NCBI GenBank assembly: GCA_050183255.1
Contig: JBFXBK010000005.1
Coordinates: forward strand, 1,203 to 65,202
Reading direction: 5' to 3'
Source: Polyangiaceae bacterium
GTDB taxonomy: Bacteria > Myxococcota_A > Polyangia > Polyangiales > Polyangiaceae
DNA length: 64,000 nt
The position numbers and the translations under genes are program-made. Every line of letters starts with the position of its first letter. Positions within the stretch are counted from its first letter, which is position 1. Shown one piece after another: positions 9,100 through 18,388 of this stretch. A model generated the notes under the pieces. The model was not told the origin of the DNA, did not search any database, and saw nothing but the letters and a program-made list of their open reading frames with translations.

Positions 9100-9426
9100 C
9101 TCCTGCGACAACCTGTCACGCCACGCCCCCAGTCAGGGCTGTGTTCCCAGCCTCAAGTGGGGGCGCAGGAACAATCCTCAAATCGAGTATGCATGTCCCG
9201 GAGATTGCACTAGGCTTGCCTCTCCCCTAAACGGACTACTTTCTCGCCTGCAAAGGCGCGATTTGGCACGGTTCACGCCGGCTGAGGAGTGAACCAGCGG
9301 AGCGCTAGGCGACCGCGAGTTGGCCGATTGCACCCATGCAGGGGAGCGAACAAACAATTCGGAGCTGTGTTTAGCGGCTCCCACCACCAGCGCCAGCTTC
9401 CAGGGCGCTGTGCGAAGGGTCGCGAC

Positions 9427-10035
9427 GTGGACAGCGATCTCGCCGAATCCATCTCAGCCCTCAAGGCATCCTTTCAACAGCGGGGACTCTCCCCGACCTT
9501 CGGAGCGGCGGACCCCGCCCTGGTGGACTCGCTGAAGAAGCAGCTCAAGCTGCCCCGACGTTATCGGGAGTTTCTGCTTGAGTCGGATCCTGTCGACGTC
9601 GAAACCGTCACGCCGTCGGAGCGGGTTCGCCTGGTTCCCTCTGGCGAGTTTCTCGACGAGCAGAAGGGTTTCTGCCTGACTGAGGAAGGTGAGCTGCTGC
9701 TTAGCCCCGCTGCCAATGGCTGGCGTCCCACCTGGGTCATCGTCGGTCATAGCGCGCTGCTCGGCGACCCCTACTTTCTCGACGTAAGCGAGATCGACGC
9801 GGAAGGCGACTGCCCCGTTTACACCGCGATGAGCGGCACCGACACGTGGAAGCCGCGCCTGTGTGCGTCGAGCTTCGCGATGTTCCTGCGCATCCTCGCC
9901 ATCACGGTCGAAGTGGCCTGCGACTTCGACGAAGACGACTTCGACATGGACAACGAGAGCGTCTTTCGCGAGTCGGTGGGCCCGAGGATCCGTGAGTACG
10001 ACCCGGCGGCCATGAAGGCCGGGCACTGGACCTGA
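9427..10035 (+). CDS. SMI1/KNR4 (SUKH superfamily) protein
   Basis: ALVDSLKKQLKLPRRYREFLLESD..., ...WVIVGHSALLGDPYFLDV... and an acidic C-terminus are typical of SUKH-1. I prefer the in-frame GTG at 9427, because the track N-terminus from 9289 is Arg-rich and looks non-coding. The start is uncertain. Confidence 0.6.
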   Translation: MDSDLAESISALKASFQQRGLSPTFGAADPALVDSLKKQLKLPRRYREFLLESDPVDVETVTPSERVRLVPSGEFLDEQKGFCLTEEGELLLSPAANGWRPTWVIVGHSALLGDPYFLDVSEIDAEGDCPVYTAMSGTDTWKPRLCASSFAMFLRILAITVEVACDFDEDDFDMDNESVFRESVGPRIREYDPAAMKAGHWT

Positions 10036-10071
10036 TTCGCCTTCAACACTCGCAGGCTCTAGGCTTCTGCG

Positions 10072-11391
10072 ATGTCCCCCCAAGCTGCCATGCTTCCCCG
10101 AGCTGCAATGCTCAAGCGAGCCGAACAGCCTAGTGCCGATTTCGATGCGCTCCTCGCCCGGCTCGTCCGCCGCGGAGAGTCCGATCTTGAGCGCGTCGAG
10201 CCGGCAGTGCGAGAGATCTTGGCGGCGGTTCGTCAGGACGGCGACGCCGCCCTCAGGTCTGCCGTTGCCCGCTTCGAAAAGCGCGAAGTCGACGCTCTCC
10301 TAGAGAGGGATTTTGGGGGTGAGGCTGCGCTTGCGAGCCTCTCTCAAGAAGTGCAGGCTGCCCTCAAGTTTGCTGCCGTGCGGATTCGGGAGTTCCACGA
10401 ACGCCAAAAGGAGTTCTTGGGCGGCTTCGAGTACTCCCAGGGCGGCGTGTCCCTCGGTACTCGCGTGGAGCCCCTTGGACGCGTTGGGGTGTACGCGCCT
10501 GGCGGAAAGGCGCGCTACCCCTCGAGTGTCCTGATGAGCGCGGTGATCGCGCAGGTGGCGGGTGTCCCCGAGATCATCGTTGCGACGCCGGACCCTGCAC
10601 CCGAGGTGCGCGCGGCGTGCCACCTGGCTGGCGTCACGGCGATCCTCAACGCGGGGGGCGCGCAAGCGATCGCCGCGCTGGCGTATGGCACTGAGAGCGT
10701 GCCGCGCGTCGACAAGATCGTCGGGCCGGGCAATATCTACGTCGCTGCTGCGAAGCGCCTGGTGTTCGGCGAAGTGGACATCGACAGCATCGCTGGGCCG
10801 AGTGAGATCTTGGTCGTGGCTGATGAGAGCGCCGATCCGCGGGTCGTTGCCGCCGATTTGCTGTCTCAAGCCGAGCATGACGAGGCCGCCTATCCGCTGC
10901 TCGTGACCACCGCAACTGCGCTGGTCGATGCGGTCGATCGCGAGCTCGCTGAACAACTCGCGGCGCTGCCCCGTCGCGCAGTCGCCGAGCGCTCGGTCCT
11001 TGATCACGGCTTCGCGCTCGTCGTTCAAGATCGCTCGCAGCTGGCGCGCGTAGCGACAGAGCTGGCGGTGGAGCACGTTTCCGTGCAGACACGCGATGCG
11101 CGTGCACTGGCTGACTCGATCGGTCGCGCGGGTGCGCTATTCGTCGGTCACCACACGCCAGAGGCTGCGGGGGACTACGTCGCCGGACCCTCGCACGTCT
11201 TGCCTACGGGCGGAGCATCTCGCTTCGCCTCACCGCTGGGCATCTATGACTTCGTGACCCGATGCTCGCTCATCACCTATGAGGCGGACGCGCTTGAAGA
11301 ACAGGCTCAGGCGATCACGGATCTGGCTCGTTGCGAAGGGCTGGAGGCTCACGCTCGAGCGGTTGAAGTGCGCACGAAGCGCCTGCACTAA
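10072..11391 (+). CDS. hisD: Histidinol dehydrogenase
   Basis: Motifs GGAQAIAALAYGTESVPRVDKIVGPGNIYVAAAKR, DSIAGPSEILVVAD and LLSQAEHD. The true start may be a downstream Met (MLKRAEQ). Confidence 0.92.
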   Translation: MSPQAAMLPRAAMLKRAEQPSADFDALLARLVRRGESDLERVEPAVREILAAVRQDGDAALRSAVARFEKREVDALLERDFGGEAALASLSQEVQAALKFAAVRIREFHERQKEFLGGFEYSQGGVSLGTRVEPLGRVGVYAPGGKARYPSSVLMSAVIAQVAGVPEIIVATPDPAPEVRAACHLAGVTAILNAGGAQAIAALAYGTESVPRVDKIVGPGNIYVAAAKRLVFGEVDIDSIAGPSEILVVADESADPRVVAADLLSQAEHDEAAYPLLVTTATALVDAVDRELAEQLAALPRRAVAERSVLDHGFALVVQDRSQLARVATELAVEHVSVQTRDARALADSIGRAGALFVGHHTPEAAGDYVAGPSHVLPTGGASRFASPLGIYDFVTRCSLITYEADALEEQAQAITDLARCEGLEAHARAVEVRTKRLH

Positions 11392-11686
11392 AGTGCAGGT
11401 TTTCGGGCTCCAGAGCCCAGTGTCGCCGGGCGGATTCTCACTCTGTCTCAGGTGCGGAGCAGTTTCGTTCCGCTCTGACTGGCAGGCTTGGCCCCTGCGG
11501 TATGCGAAGTGCCTACCTGCCTCTACAGGGTCTTAACAACCGCTCGAAACCCAACTATCACATGCGCCTCAGTGGGGCGTGTGCGGAAGTTGGCGGGCGT
11601 TCGTCGAGCGACGGGCGCGGTGGTTAGCTCCCTAACGCACTCCACGGACACTTCTTCAAGTTCTTGAAATTGCAGAGCTTTTGAAA

Positions 11687-11702
11687 TGGCCTGCTTGTTG
11701 CT
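11687..11702 (+). promoter_or_regulatory. Candidate sigma-54 (-24/-12) promoter upstream of the metalloprotease gene
   Basis: TGGCCTGCTTGTTGCT matches TGGCAC-N5-TTGC, with GG and GC separated by 10 nt. It lies ~70 nt upstream of the ATG at 11772 in a 380-bp lower-GC intergenic region. Confidence 0.4.
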
Positions 11703-11771
11703 TACCACGGTCGCTGGCGCCGTCTGCGCTGGAACCGACACGGCTAACACCGTTCGTTCGAAGGAGAACTC

Positions 11772-14700
11772 ATGACTCTTAAATGGACCCGGCCACTGCT
11801 TGCAGCGTCAGTCGGGCTGCTCGCGACTCTCGGGTGTGCCGAGGAGCGGCAGCCGATCAACCGCGTGCAACCCAACGCCCTCGAGAAGAGCTTTTTCGTG
11901 GGTGCAGATCTGCAGAGTGATGCAGACAACCCCGCGTTCTACGCCAACGGCACCGTGCTGGATATCGGCTACGGCGCGACGCAAGACGCGTTCTTCGACG
12001 GCTTCTATGCCAACGACCTGTCGATCATCCGCTGGCAGATCACCGAAGACCGGCTGATCGGTCGCCTCGCGTACGAGCGCATCGACGGCTCGGACGGCCA
12101 GGGCGCCGGCATGGAGACGAATGACGGCCAGGTCATCTACGCCTTCAACATCCAGGGGCACTTCGACATCAAGCGCAGCTACAACCCGTCCACGGGCGAA
12201 GAGCTGAACGTGATCGAAGAGAACACCTCGGATGCTCCGTGGTACCAGCGCAAGTACTTCCGCGTGGATTGGTCGCGTAACCTCATCACCGAGGCTTACG
12301 ACTTCGACACCCTCGCCATCTACGGCATCTTCTTCGGCGCCTATCAGTACGAAGAGACCGGTTACTACGTCAACGACCCGAGCGACGAGAACGCGCCGAA
12401 CTTCGAGAAGGACTACTTCGACGTCACCACCAAGGCGTGGGCGAAGCCGCAGACCATCGACCTCGGTGGCATGTGGGGCTACGGCGAAGTGCCGGTCTGC
12501 TTCTTCGACGGCGACTTTGCGGGCGGCCAGGCGCCAGCGGGTAACTGCAACCCGCAGGAGCTGACGATCCGTCACTCCTTCTGGAAGGTCACCGACAACG
12601 ACTACCAGCCCGAGGACTGGGACGGCTTCCGCTTCCAGGCGGCTGGCGCGTTCACCAAGGACCGTAGCGGTTTCGCGCGGAACTACGGCATGGTGGACAC
12701 GCAGTGGCGTCGGTTCATCTCGCACTACAACATCTGGAAGCGTAGCCATGCCTACGCCGATCCAGAGGCGATGACGGGCGCGACCGAGTGCTACACACCG
12801 GCGACGACGCCGGTTGGCTTGAGCCCGAACCGTGACGACAACAAGGACGGCACGGCGGACGAGTGTGCAGCGGTGGGCGGTGGCTCACAGTGCGATACGT
12901 TCAGTCAGAAGTGCACGCTGCCCTTCGCCAAGCGCGAGGTGAACCCGATCGTTTGGTACTACACGAACAAGAGCGACTACCGTTACTGGGAAGGCACCCA
13001 CTGGGCCACTCAGGAATGGGACGTGGCCATGCGCATGGCTGTCCAGGCCGCGAAGAACGCCGAGTGCTTCCGCATCGGTGGTAATGACTGCGACAACGCG
13101 TTCCCGGTTCCGCACGGACAGATGGACAGCAACGAAGACGCTCTCGCCGTTTGGCGCGAGGTCGACGCTTGCCGCGTGAAGAACGGCGCTGCCGACCCCA
13201 GCAAGCGCTGGGACACCGCAGCGTGTGCCAGCGTGGCTGACAACACCTTGGCCAAGCGTGGCTACGCGACGGACGATCCGGAGTTCAAGGCACTCAAGGA
13301 CATGGCGATGATGCAAGACGTCGTCGTGCTCTGCCACAGCCCGATCGCAGCGGACGACCACCCGTTGTGTGCCCCGGGTGAGGCTCGCCTGGCCGCCGAC
13401 GTCACCCCGACCGACTGCCAGAAGGTGGCAGAGCTCAGGGCGAAGGCCGCTCCGACCGCCGCTGACAAGCACGTGATCGACGCCTGCGACGCAGCGTACA
13501 AGGTGCGTATCGGCGATGTGCGTCGTCACCTCGTGAACGTCATCAACACCCCTCAGACGGGTTCTCCCTGGGGCTTCGGTCCGACCTACGCCAGCCCGCT
13601 CACGGGTGAGGCCATCAGCGCCAGCATCAACGTCTGGGCTTGGCCGACGGACTTCATCGCGCAGAACGTGGTGGACGTTGCCCGCTTCATCAAGGGCGAG
13701 CTCGACGTCAGCCAGGTCACCGACGGCAAGTTCGTCAAGGACTGGGATCGTGCAGCTGACATCATGAGCAGCGGCGGCGCTCTCGCTCCGATGAACAAGG
13801 CCGAGGTCGAGCGGCGCAAGGGCGAGATGTTCCAGGCCATTGGCAAGGACATCGACACCGGCGTGCCAAGCATCGACCCCACGGCGAAGATCGATCAGCG
13901 CGTGGTCCAGAAGCTGATGCAGGTGCGCAACACCCGGGCATCGGTTGGAGCTACCTCTGCCATGAAGCAGAAGTACTTCGCGCGCATGCAGACCGCGTAC
14001 GGCAGCCAGACTGAAGCTGAGCTGATCACGCCTGCCATTCAGCAGCTGGCCGGTTCTGCCGGTCTGCCGACCGCATCCGCGCAGTCGTTTGCCTCGCCGT
14101 TGCGTGGCCGCGTGAACCCCACGCTGCTGCAAGACCTGCAAGAGCTCGGCGAAGTCGGCCTCGCGAACCGTGGCGCCTGCTTGCTCCACGCTGACGAGTT
14201 CGCTCCGTCGCCGACCGCAATGACCGGCATCGCGGACAAGCTCGAGGCGAAGTTCTCGCCGAAGTTCGGTCCGTTCAACAAGGGCGACAGCGTGCAGACG
14301 CAGCTCGAGCGTGCGGACGCCATGAAGGAGTACCTCGCGCAGAAGATGCACTTCGCGGTCATCACGCACGAGATGGGTCACACGTTTGGCTATCGCCACA
14401 ACTTCGTGAGCTCCTCGAACGCCTTCAACTACCGCCCGCAGTACTGGCAGTTGCGTACCCGCGACGGCGCGGTGACGCAGCAGTGCACGGACCTCGCTCA
14501 GGGCGATGCCGCGCAGAACTGCATCGGACCGCGTTACTTCGATCCAGTCACTCAGGAGGAGACCGACGGCATGATCAACATGTGGTCACACTCCTCGATC
14601 ATGGACTACGCGGGTGACTACTCGCAGGACCTGATCGGTCTGGGTGGCTACGACTTCCACGCCGCGAAGATGTTCTACGGCGACGTCGCCTCTGTGTTCC

Positions 14701-16619
14701 AGCAGGACGACATGAAGGACGGCCAGCCGCTGTCCGCCGCGATCAGCTCGACCATCCTCGACTCCTTCGGCGGTATCCTGGGATACATCTACCAGGATCA
14801 GCCCGGCGATCAGGGGGTCACGATCCACTACTCACAGCTGCAGAACGTCTACAAGCTGATCGACAGCTGCACCGCGGTGAACCCCGAGGACTACGTTCCA
14901 AGCGATTGGAACGCGGACGTCAAGGGTCAGTGGGATCCGACCATGGACGGACACCTCGTCCGGGTGAACGGTCAGTACACCCGCTGCAAGCAGCGCAAGC
15001 TCGGCTACGTCTCCTGGGATCAGCTGAGTGGTGGTGGCTTCGAGGCCGGCAATGCCGACGCTCAGGCTACCGGTGGCACCGGCCCGAGCATCGCTCCCGA
15101 CGGTCGCACTCGCTTCCCGTTCGGCTTCGCGACGGACCGCTGGGCGGACCTCGGCAACCTCGCCGTGTACCGTCATGACCAGGGTGCTGATCCCTACGAG
15201 TTGTTCGAGTTCCTCATCTCCGAGCAGGAGCTGCGGCACATCTTCGACAACTACCGTCGTAACCGTCAGACGTTCAGCGTGCGTGGCGCAGCCAACCGCG
15301 TGTTGACTCGCTACAACACCAAGATGCGCGACGGCGCGAAGGGTCTGGGCCTGATCTACAACATCATCCAGAACGTTCAGCCGGGTGCATTCAACCTGTA
15401 CGTCGATGCGTTCGGCTGGGGCGACAACATGCTCGCCGCTGGTATGGCGTTCGATCACTTCACCCGCCAGATGCAGCGTCCGAACGCTGGCGCTCACGAG
15501 GAGTCCAACACGCTGGGTATCACCAACGTGTTCTCGCCCCTCGTCGTCAACGAGCAGGCCGCCGCAGGCAGCACGCTGCTCACTGTTCCCGATGGCCCGC
15601 AAGGCTTCTGGAACACGGTGGGTATCGGCGGCAAGCTGGTGAACAACACCCTGTCCGACAACCGTGGCGAGTACGACTCCGAGTTCACCCTGAACGCGGG
15701 CTCTTACTACGACAAGGTCTACTCCACGATGTTGCTCACCGAGTCGGTGGACAACTTCATCAGCAGCTCGCTGGACGACTTCGTCGACGCTCGTTTCCGC
15801 TCGGTATCTCTCGCTGACCTGTTCGGCGACGGCTACCGTCGTTGGCTCGCCAACAACCTGACCGGTGACGGCTGGGTCAAGGGCGCGCGCGTGGCGGCAA
15901 CGTCAGGTGGTAAGCCTGAGGTCACGGCGGACGGTTACCCGAGCCAGCCCCTCGGCTGGATCAGCTGGTGGCCGGCGACCCCCGAGGTTTGCTTCCCGAA
16001 CGAGGGCACCTCGATCTGCTCGGCCTACGGTCTGGACGGATCGGCGTTCAAGCCGAACATGCCCGAAGTCAGCCGTGCACTGGACCCCCAGATCGGTTGG
16101 GAACAGCAGAAGTTCCTGATTGCCTGGACCCTGGTGTACCTGCCTGAGAACCAGAAGACCCGTTGGCTGGACCAGATGGGGATCTGGAGCCTGGGCGCGG
16201 ACAGCGACCCCGGCTTCGACAACCGCATCGAGTTCCACATGCCGACCGGTGAGGTCTACATTGCCCGTACCTACGGCACGGAGACCTTCTGCTTCGGCAA
16301 GACCACGAGCGGCACCCCGGCGTGCAGGACCGTTCAGCGTGGTATTGGCGCCCGCATGCTTGAGTACGCGAACGAGCTACTCAACGCGGCGTACCAGACC
16401 ACCGAGGTCGACCACAACGGCGTCACCTGGTACGTCCCGGTGATGGACTCTGTGACGGGTCAGCCTCTGCTGAAGTCGGGTACGAGCTGCGACAGCAGCG
16501 CGGCCTGTCTCAAGCTGCAGGACTTCGTCTCGGTGCCCGACTTCATGCGCCAGGCCATGCACGACTTCGGCATGGCGGATCCCAGCATGAAGGGGATCTA
16601 CGGAACCAGCGGCGAGTGA
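11772..16619 (+). CDS. Very large secreted lipoprotein, zinc metalloprotease (met-zincin, DUF4953/DUF5117-like)
   Basis: Signal peptide and lipobox MTLKWTRPLLAASVGLLATLGC. HEXXH motif in VITHEMGHTFGYRHNF, followed by SSIMDY. An AGGAG RBS precedes the ATG. The 1615-aa frame is continuous with good G/C third positions. Confidence 0.85.
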   Translation: MTLKWTRPLLAASVGLLATLGCAEERQPINRVQPNALEKSFFVGADLQSDADNPAFYANGTVLDIGYGATQDAFFDGFYANDLSIIRWQITEDRLIGRLAYERIDGSDGQGAGMETNDGQVIYAFNIQGHFDIKRSYNPSTGEELNVIEENTSDAPWYQRKYFRVDWSRNLITEAYDFDTLAIYGIFFGAYQYEETGYYVNDPSDENAPNFEKDYFDVTTKAWAKPQTIDLGGMWGYGEVPVCFFDGDFAGGQAPAGNCNPQELTIRHSFWKVTDNDYQPEDWDGFRFQAAGAFTKDRSGFARNYGMVDTQWRRFISHYNIWKRSHAYADPEAMTGATECYTPATTPVGLSPNRDDNKDGTADECAAVGGGSQCDTFSQKCTLPFAKREVNPIVWYYTNKSDYRYWEGTHWATQEWDVAMRMAVQAAKNAECFRIGGNDCDNAFPVPHGQMDSNEDALAVWREVDACRVKNGAADPSKRWDTAACASVADNTLAKRGYATDDPEFKALKDMAMMQDVVVLCHSPIAADDHPLCAPGEARLAADVTPTDCQKVAELRAKAAPTAADKHVIDACDAAYKVRIGDVRRHLVNVINTPQTGSPWGFGPTYASPLTGEAISASINVWAWPTDFIAQNVVDVARFIKGELDVSQVTDGKFVKDWDRAADIMSSGGALAPMNKAEVERRKGEMFQAIGKDIDTGVPSIDPTAKIDQRVVQKLMQVRNTRASVGATSAMKQKYFARMQTAYGSQTEAELITPAIQQLAGSAGLPTASAQSFASPLRGRVNPTLLQDLQELGEVGLANRGACLLHADEFAPSPTAMTGIADKLEAKFSPKFGPFNKGDSVQTQLERADAMKEYLAQKMHFAVITHEMGHTFGYRHNFVSSSNAFNYRPQYWQLRTRDGAVTQQCTDLAQGDAAQNCIGPRYFDPVTQEETDGMINMWSHSSIMDYAGDYSQDLIGLGGYDFHAAKMFYGDVASVFQQDDMKDGQPLSAAISSTILDSFGGILGYIYQDQPGDQGVTIHYSQLQNVYKLIDSCTAVNPEDYVPSDWNADVKGQWDPTMDGHLVRVNGQYTRCKQRKLGYVSWDQLSGGGFEAGNADAQATGGTGPSIAPDGRTRFPFGFATDRWADLGNLAVYRHDQGADPYELFEFLISEQELRHIFDNYRRNRQTFSVRGAANRVLTRYNTKMRDGAKGLGLIYNIIQNVQPGAFNLYVDAFGWGDNMLAAGMAFDHFTRQMQRPNAGAHEESNTLGITNVFSPLVVNEQAAAGSTLLTVPDGPQGFWNTVGIGGKLVNNTLSDNRGEYDSEFTLNAGSYYDKVYSTMLLTESVDNFISSSLDDFVDARFRSVSLADLFGDGYRRWLANNLTGDGWVKGARVAATSGGKPEVTADGYPSQPLGWISWWPATPEVCFPNEGTSICSAYGLDGSAFKPNMPEVSRALDPQIGWEQQKFLIAWTLVYLPENQKTRWLDQMGIWSLGADSDPGFDNRIEFHMPTGEVYIARTYGTETFCFGKTTSGTPACRTVQRGIGARMLEYANELLNAAYQTTEVDHNGVTWYVPVMDSVTGQPLLKSGTSCDSSAACLKLQDFVSVPDFMRQAMHDFGMADPSMKGIYGTSGE

Positions 16620-16652
16620 TCGTCCTCCCGGTAGGCAAATAAGAAAGACTGA

Positions 16653-16690
16653 CGGCCCGAGTGGGAACACACTCGGGCCGTGGTCGTTTT
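16653..16690 (+). terminator. Rho-independent terminator after the metalloprotease gene
   Basis: Perfect 11-bp stem CGGCCCGAGTG / CACTCGGGCCG with a 6-nt loop, followed by the T-rich TGGTCGTTTTG, 34 nt after the stop codon. Confidence 0.7.
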
Positions 16691-16698
16691 GTGAAGCG

Positions 16699-17535
16699 AT
16701 GTTATCGATGAAGAGTCTCCCGCTGGCGCTGATTTCCGCATGCATATGTTCAGGCGTGCTGACCTCGGCTTGCGATCAGTCGAAACCAGCACCTCCCAGT
16801 CCCTCGGGCACTGCGCCCGACGGGTCGCGCATCGAGGCGATGCGCGGTGACTGGCTCAAGCGTTGGAAGCAGTTCCCGGAACTGCCCGAGTGCACTGGTC
16901 TGGCCGAGTCAGACCGCAGTGTGTGCACCGACGCGATCGCGAAGCGCGATGCCTTGAAGGCTGGTGAAGAGAAAGCCGTTCCCGCCGCGGAGCACCTCAA
17001 GCTGGCGGCGGAGGCCGCCGACGCCGCAGCAGCGGCCGGCGAAAAGCTCGAGCTGACTTACATGCAGAAGTTGATGCTGCGCGCCGCTCCCAAAGCAGGG
17101 GAACCCGCTCCGAGCGGAGCGCCGAGCGCCGCGCCCGCTCCAAGCGTCGCCGCCGCGCCAAGCGCTGCTCCCGCACCTTCTTCGTCAGCCAAGAACGGTG
17201 TGATGGCGGCGGTCGAAGCGGCGAAACACGGTGAGTCTCGAGAGCGCGATCCGCTCCAGCTCGCTGGCTTTCAGTTCTTCAGCGCGGAGCGAGACGCGCT
17301 GCTGCGCATCGCCGGCTACATCCGCGAGGGAGCGCCGGACGATCGCGAGAAGGCGATCGAGTTGTTCAAGAAGCACGCTGAGCGCCACCCGAAGTCCGCC
17401 CGCGCGCGTCAGCTGCTCAATGAGGCCATCATCCTTGTTAGCGACAAGGCGCTTCGGGATCGCTTGCGAAAGATCCGCACCGAAATGGGCCCCGGAGCAG
17501 TACCTGCTCCGAGCGCCAGCAGTGAGAAAGAGTGA
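16699..17535 (+). CDS. Hypothetical lipoprotein with an Ala/Pro/Ser-rich segment
   Basis: MLSMKSLPLALISACICSGVLTSAC is a signal peptide with a lipobox. The low-complexity stretch APSGAPSAAPAPSVAAAPSAAPAPSS is followed by a helical C-terminus. I recognise no family. Confidence 0.6.
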   Translation: MLSMKSLPLALISACICSGVLTSACDQSKPAPPSPSGTAPDGSRIEAMRGDWLKRWKQFPELPECTGLAESDRSVCTDAIAKRDALKAGEEKAVPAAEHLKLAAEAADAAAAAGEKLELTYMQKLMLRAAPKAGEPAPSGAPSAAPAPSVAAAPSAAPAPSSSAKNGVMAAVEAAKHGESRERDPLQLAGFQFFSAERDALLRIAGYIREGAPDDREKAIELFKKHAERHPKSARARQLLNEAIILVSDKALRDRLRKIRTEMGPGAVPAPSASSEKE

Positions 17536-17587
17536 CAGTCACAAAGAGCGACAGTCGGAAAGAGTGACAGTGAGAAAAGAGTGACCC
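17527..17587 (+). repeat. Four tandem direct repeats AAAGAG(T/C)GAC(A/C)(G/C)(T/C), period 16-17 bp, between the lipoprotein stop codon and yggX
   Basis: Copies at 17527-17539, 17543-17555, 17559-17571 and 17576-17587. The first copy contains the TGA stop of the upstream gene. The last copy ends 54 nt before the yggX ATG. Confidence 0.8.
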
Positions 17588-17640
17588 AGGTGGTGGCGTG
17601 ACGGTTGACGGAGGCAGCGGAAACGACCAGAACCCACGCC

Positions 17641-17916
17641 ATGGCTCGTACCGTCAACTGCATCAAGCTCGGCCGTGAGGCGGAGGGACTCGACAAGCCC
17701 CCTTTCAAGGGCGACCTCGGTCAGCGCGTGTTCGACAACATCTCGAAGGACGCTTGGCGGGGCTGGCTCGAGCACTCGAAGATGCTGATCAACGAGTACC
17801 GGCTCGATCTCACCAGCGAGCAAGGTCAGCGGATCTGGATGACCGAGCTCGAGAAGTACTTCTGGGGTGATGGCTCGGAGCTCCCGCCCGACTTTGCTCC
17901 CGTAGACAAGGGCTGA
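17641..17916 (+). CDS. yggX: Fe(2+)-trafficking protein YggX
   Basis: MARTVNCIKLGREAEGLDKPPFKGDLGQRVFDNISKDAWRGWLEHSKMLINEYRLDL is a close match to the YggX family. I use the ATG at 17641 rather than the track start at 17605. Confidence 0.85.
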   Translation: MARTVNCIKLGREAEGLDKPPFKGDLGQRVFDNISKDAWRGWLEHSKMLINEYRLDLTSEQGQRIWMTELEKYFWGDGSELPPDFAPVDKG

Positions 17917-17976
17917 TAATCCGGCTGAGCGCCGGAGCATTGTCAGGCGCGAGCGCACCAAGTAGGCTCGCGCGCG

Positions 17977-18303
17977 ATGCTCGAGACGCTGTCCAAGGAC
18001 GACCGCCTGCTGTTGTTGAAGTTCGTGTGCGCCTTTGCGTGGGCGGACCTCCAGGTGCAGAAGCAGGAGCGTCAGTTCGTCCACCGCTTGGTCAAGCAGC
18101 TGAAGCTGGAGAAGGACGAGGCGAAGCTGGTCGACGGGTGGCTCGCCAATCCGCCAACTCCGGAGGAGGTCGATCCTGCGACCGTCCCCCGCAAGCATCG
18201 CAAGCTCTTCCTCGATACCGCGAAGAAGCTGATCGAGAGCGACGGCAACATCGATCCCAACGAAGCGGAAATCTTCGAGTTATTGGAACAGCTGCTGGTC
18301 TGA
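17977..18303 (+). CDS. TerB-like (tellurite-resistance TerB / DjlA N-terminal-like) small protein
   Basis: LLLLKFVCAFAWADLQVQKQERQFVHRLVKQL... and ...ESDGNIDPNEAEIFELLEQ resemble the two-helix-pair TerB fold pattern. Confidence 0.5.
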   Translation: MLETLSKDDRLLLLKFVCAFAWADLQVQKQERQFVHRLVKQLKLEKDEAKLVDGWLANPPTPEEVDPATVPRKHRKLFLDTAKKLIESDGNIDPNEAEIFELLEQLLV

Positions 18304-18388
18304 GCGGCGCCCGACTGGGGCGCTCTCCGGCCTTCGGGCCGACTCGAGTTGGCAAGCGCCGCTTGTTCGCGCTAAGCCCAGCGACCTG

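Noticed and set aside
9100-9426. Lower-GC spacer checked for a tRNA or small RNA (contains hairpin GGTTCAC-N12-GTGAACC)
   Set aside because: It has no tRNA T-loop (GGTTCGAATCC-like) and no cloverleaf. I could not match it to any RNA family by eye. It is left unannotated.
11808-14399. 313-aa and 504-aa ORFs antisense to the metalloprotease gene
   Set aside because: These are shadow frames. The plus strand encodes one continuous 1615-aa protein with a signal peptide and an HEXXH site.
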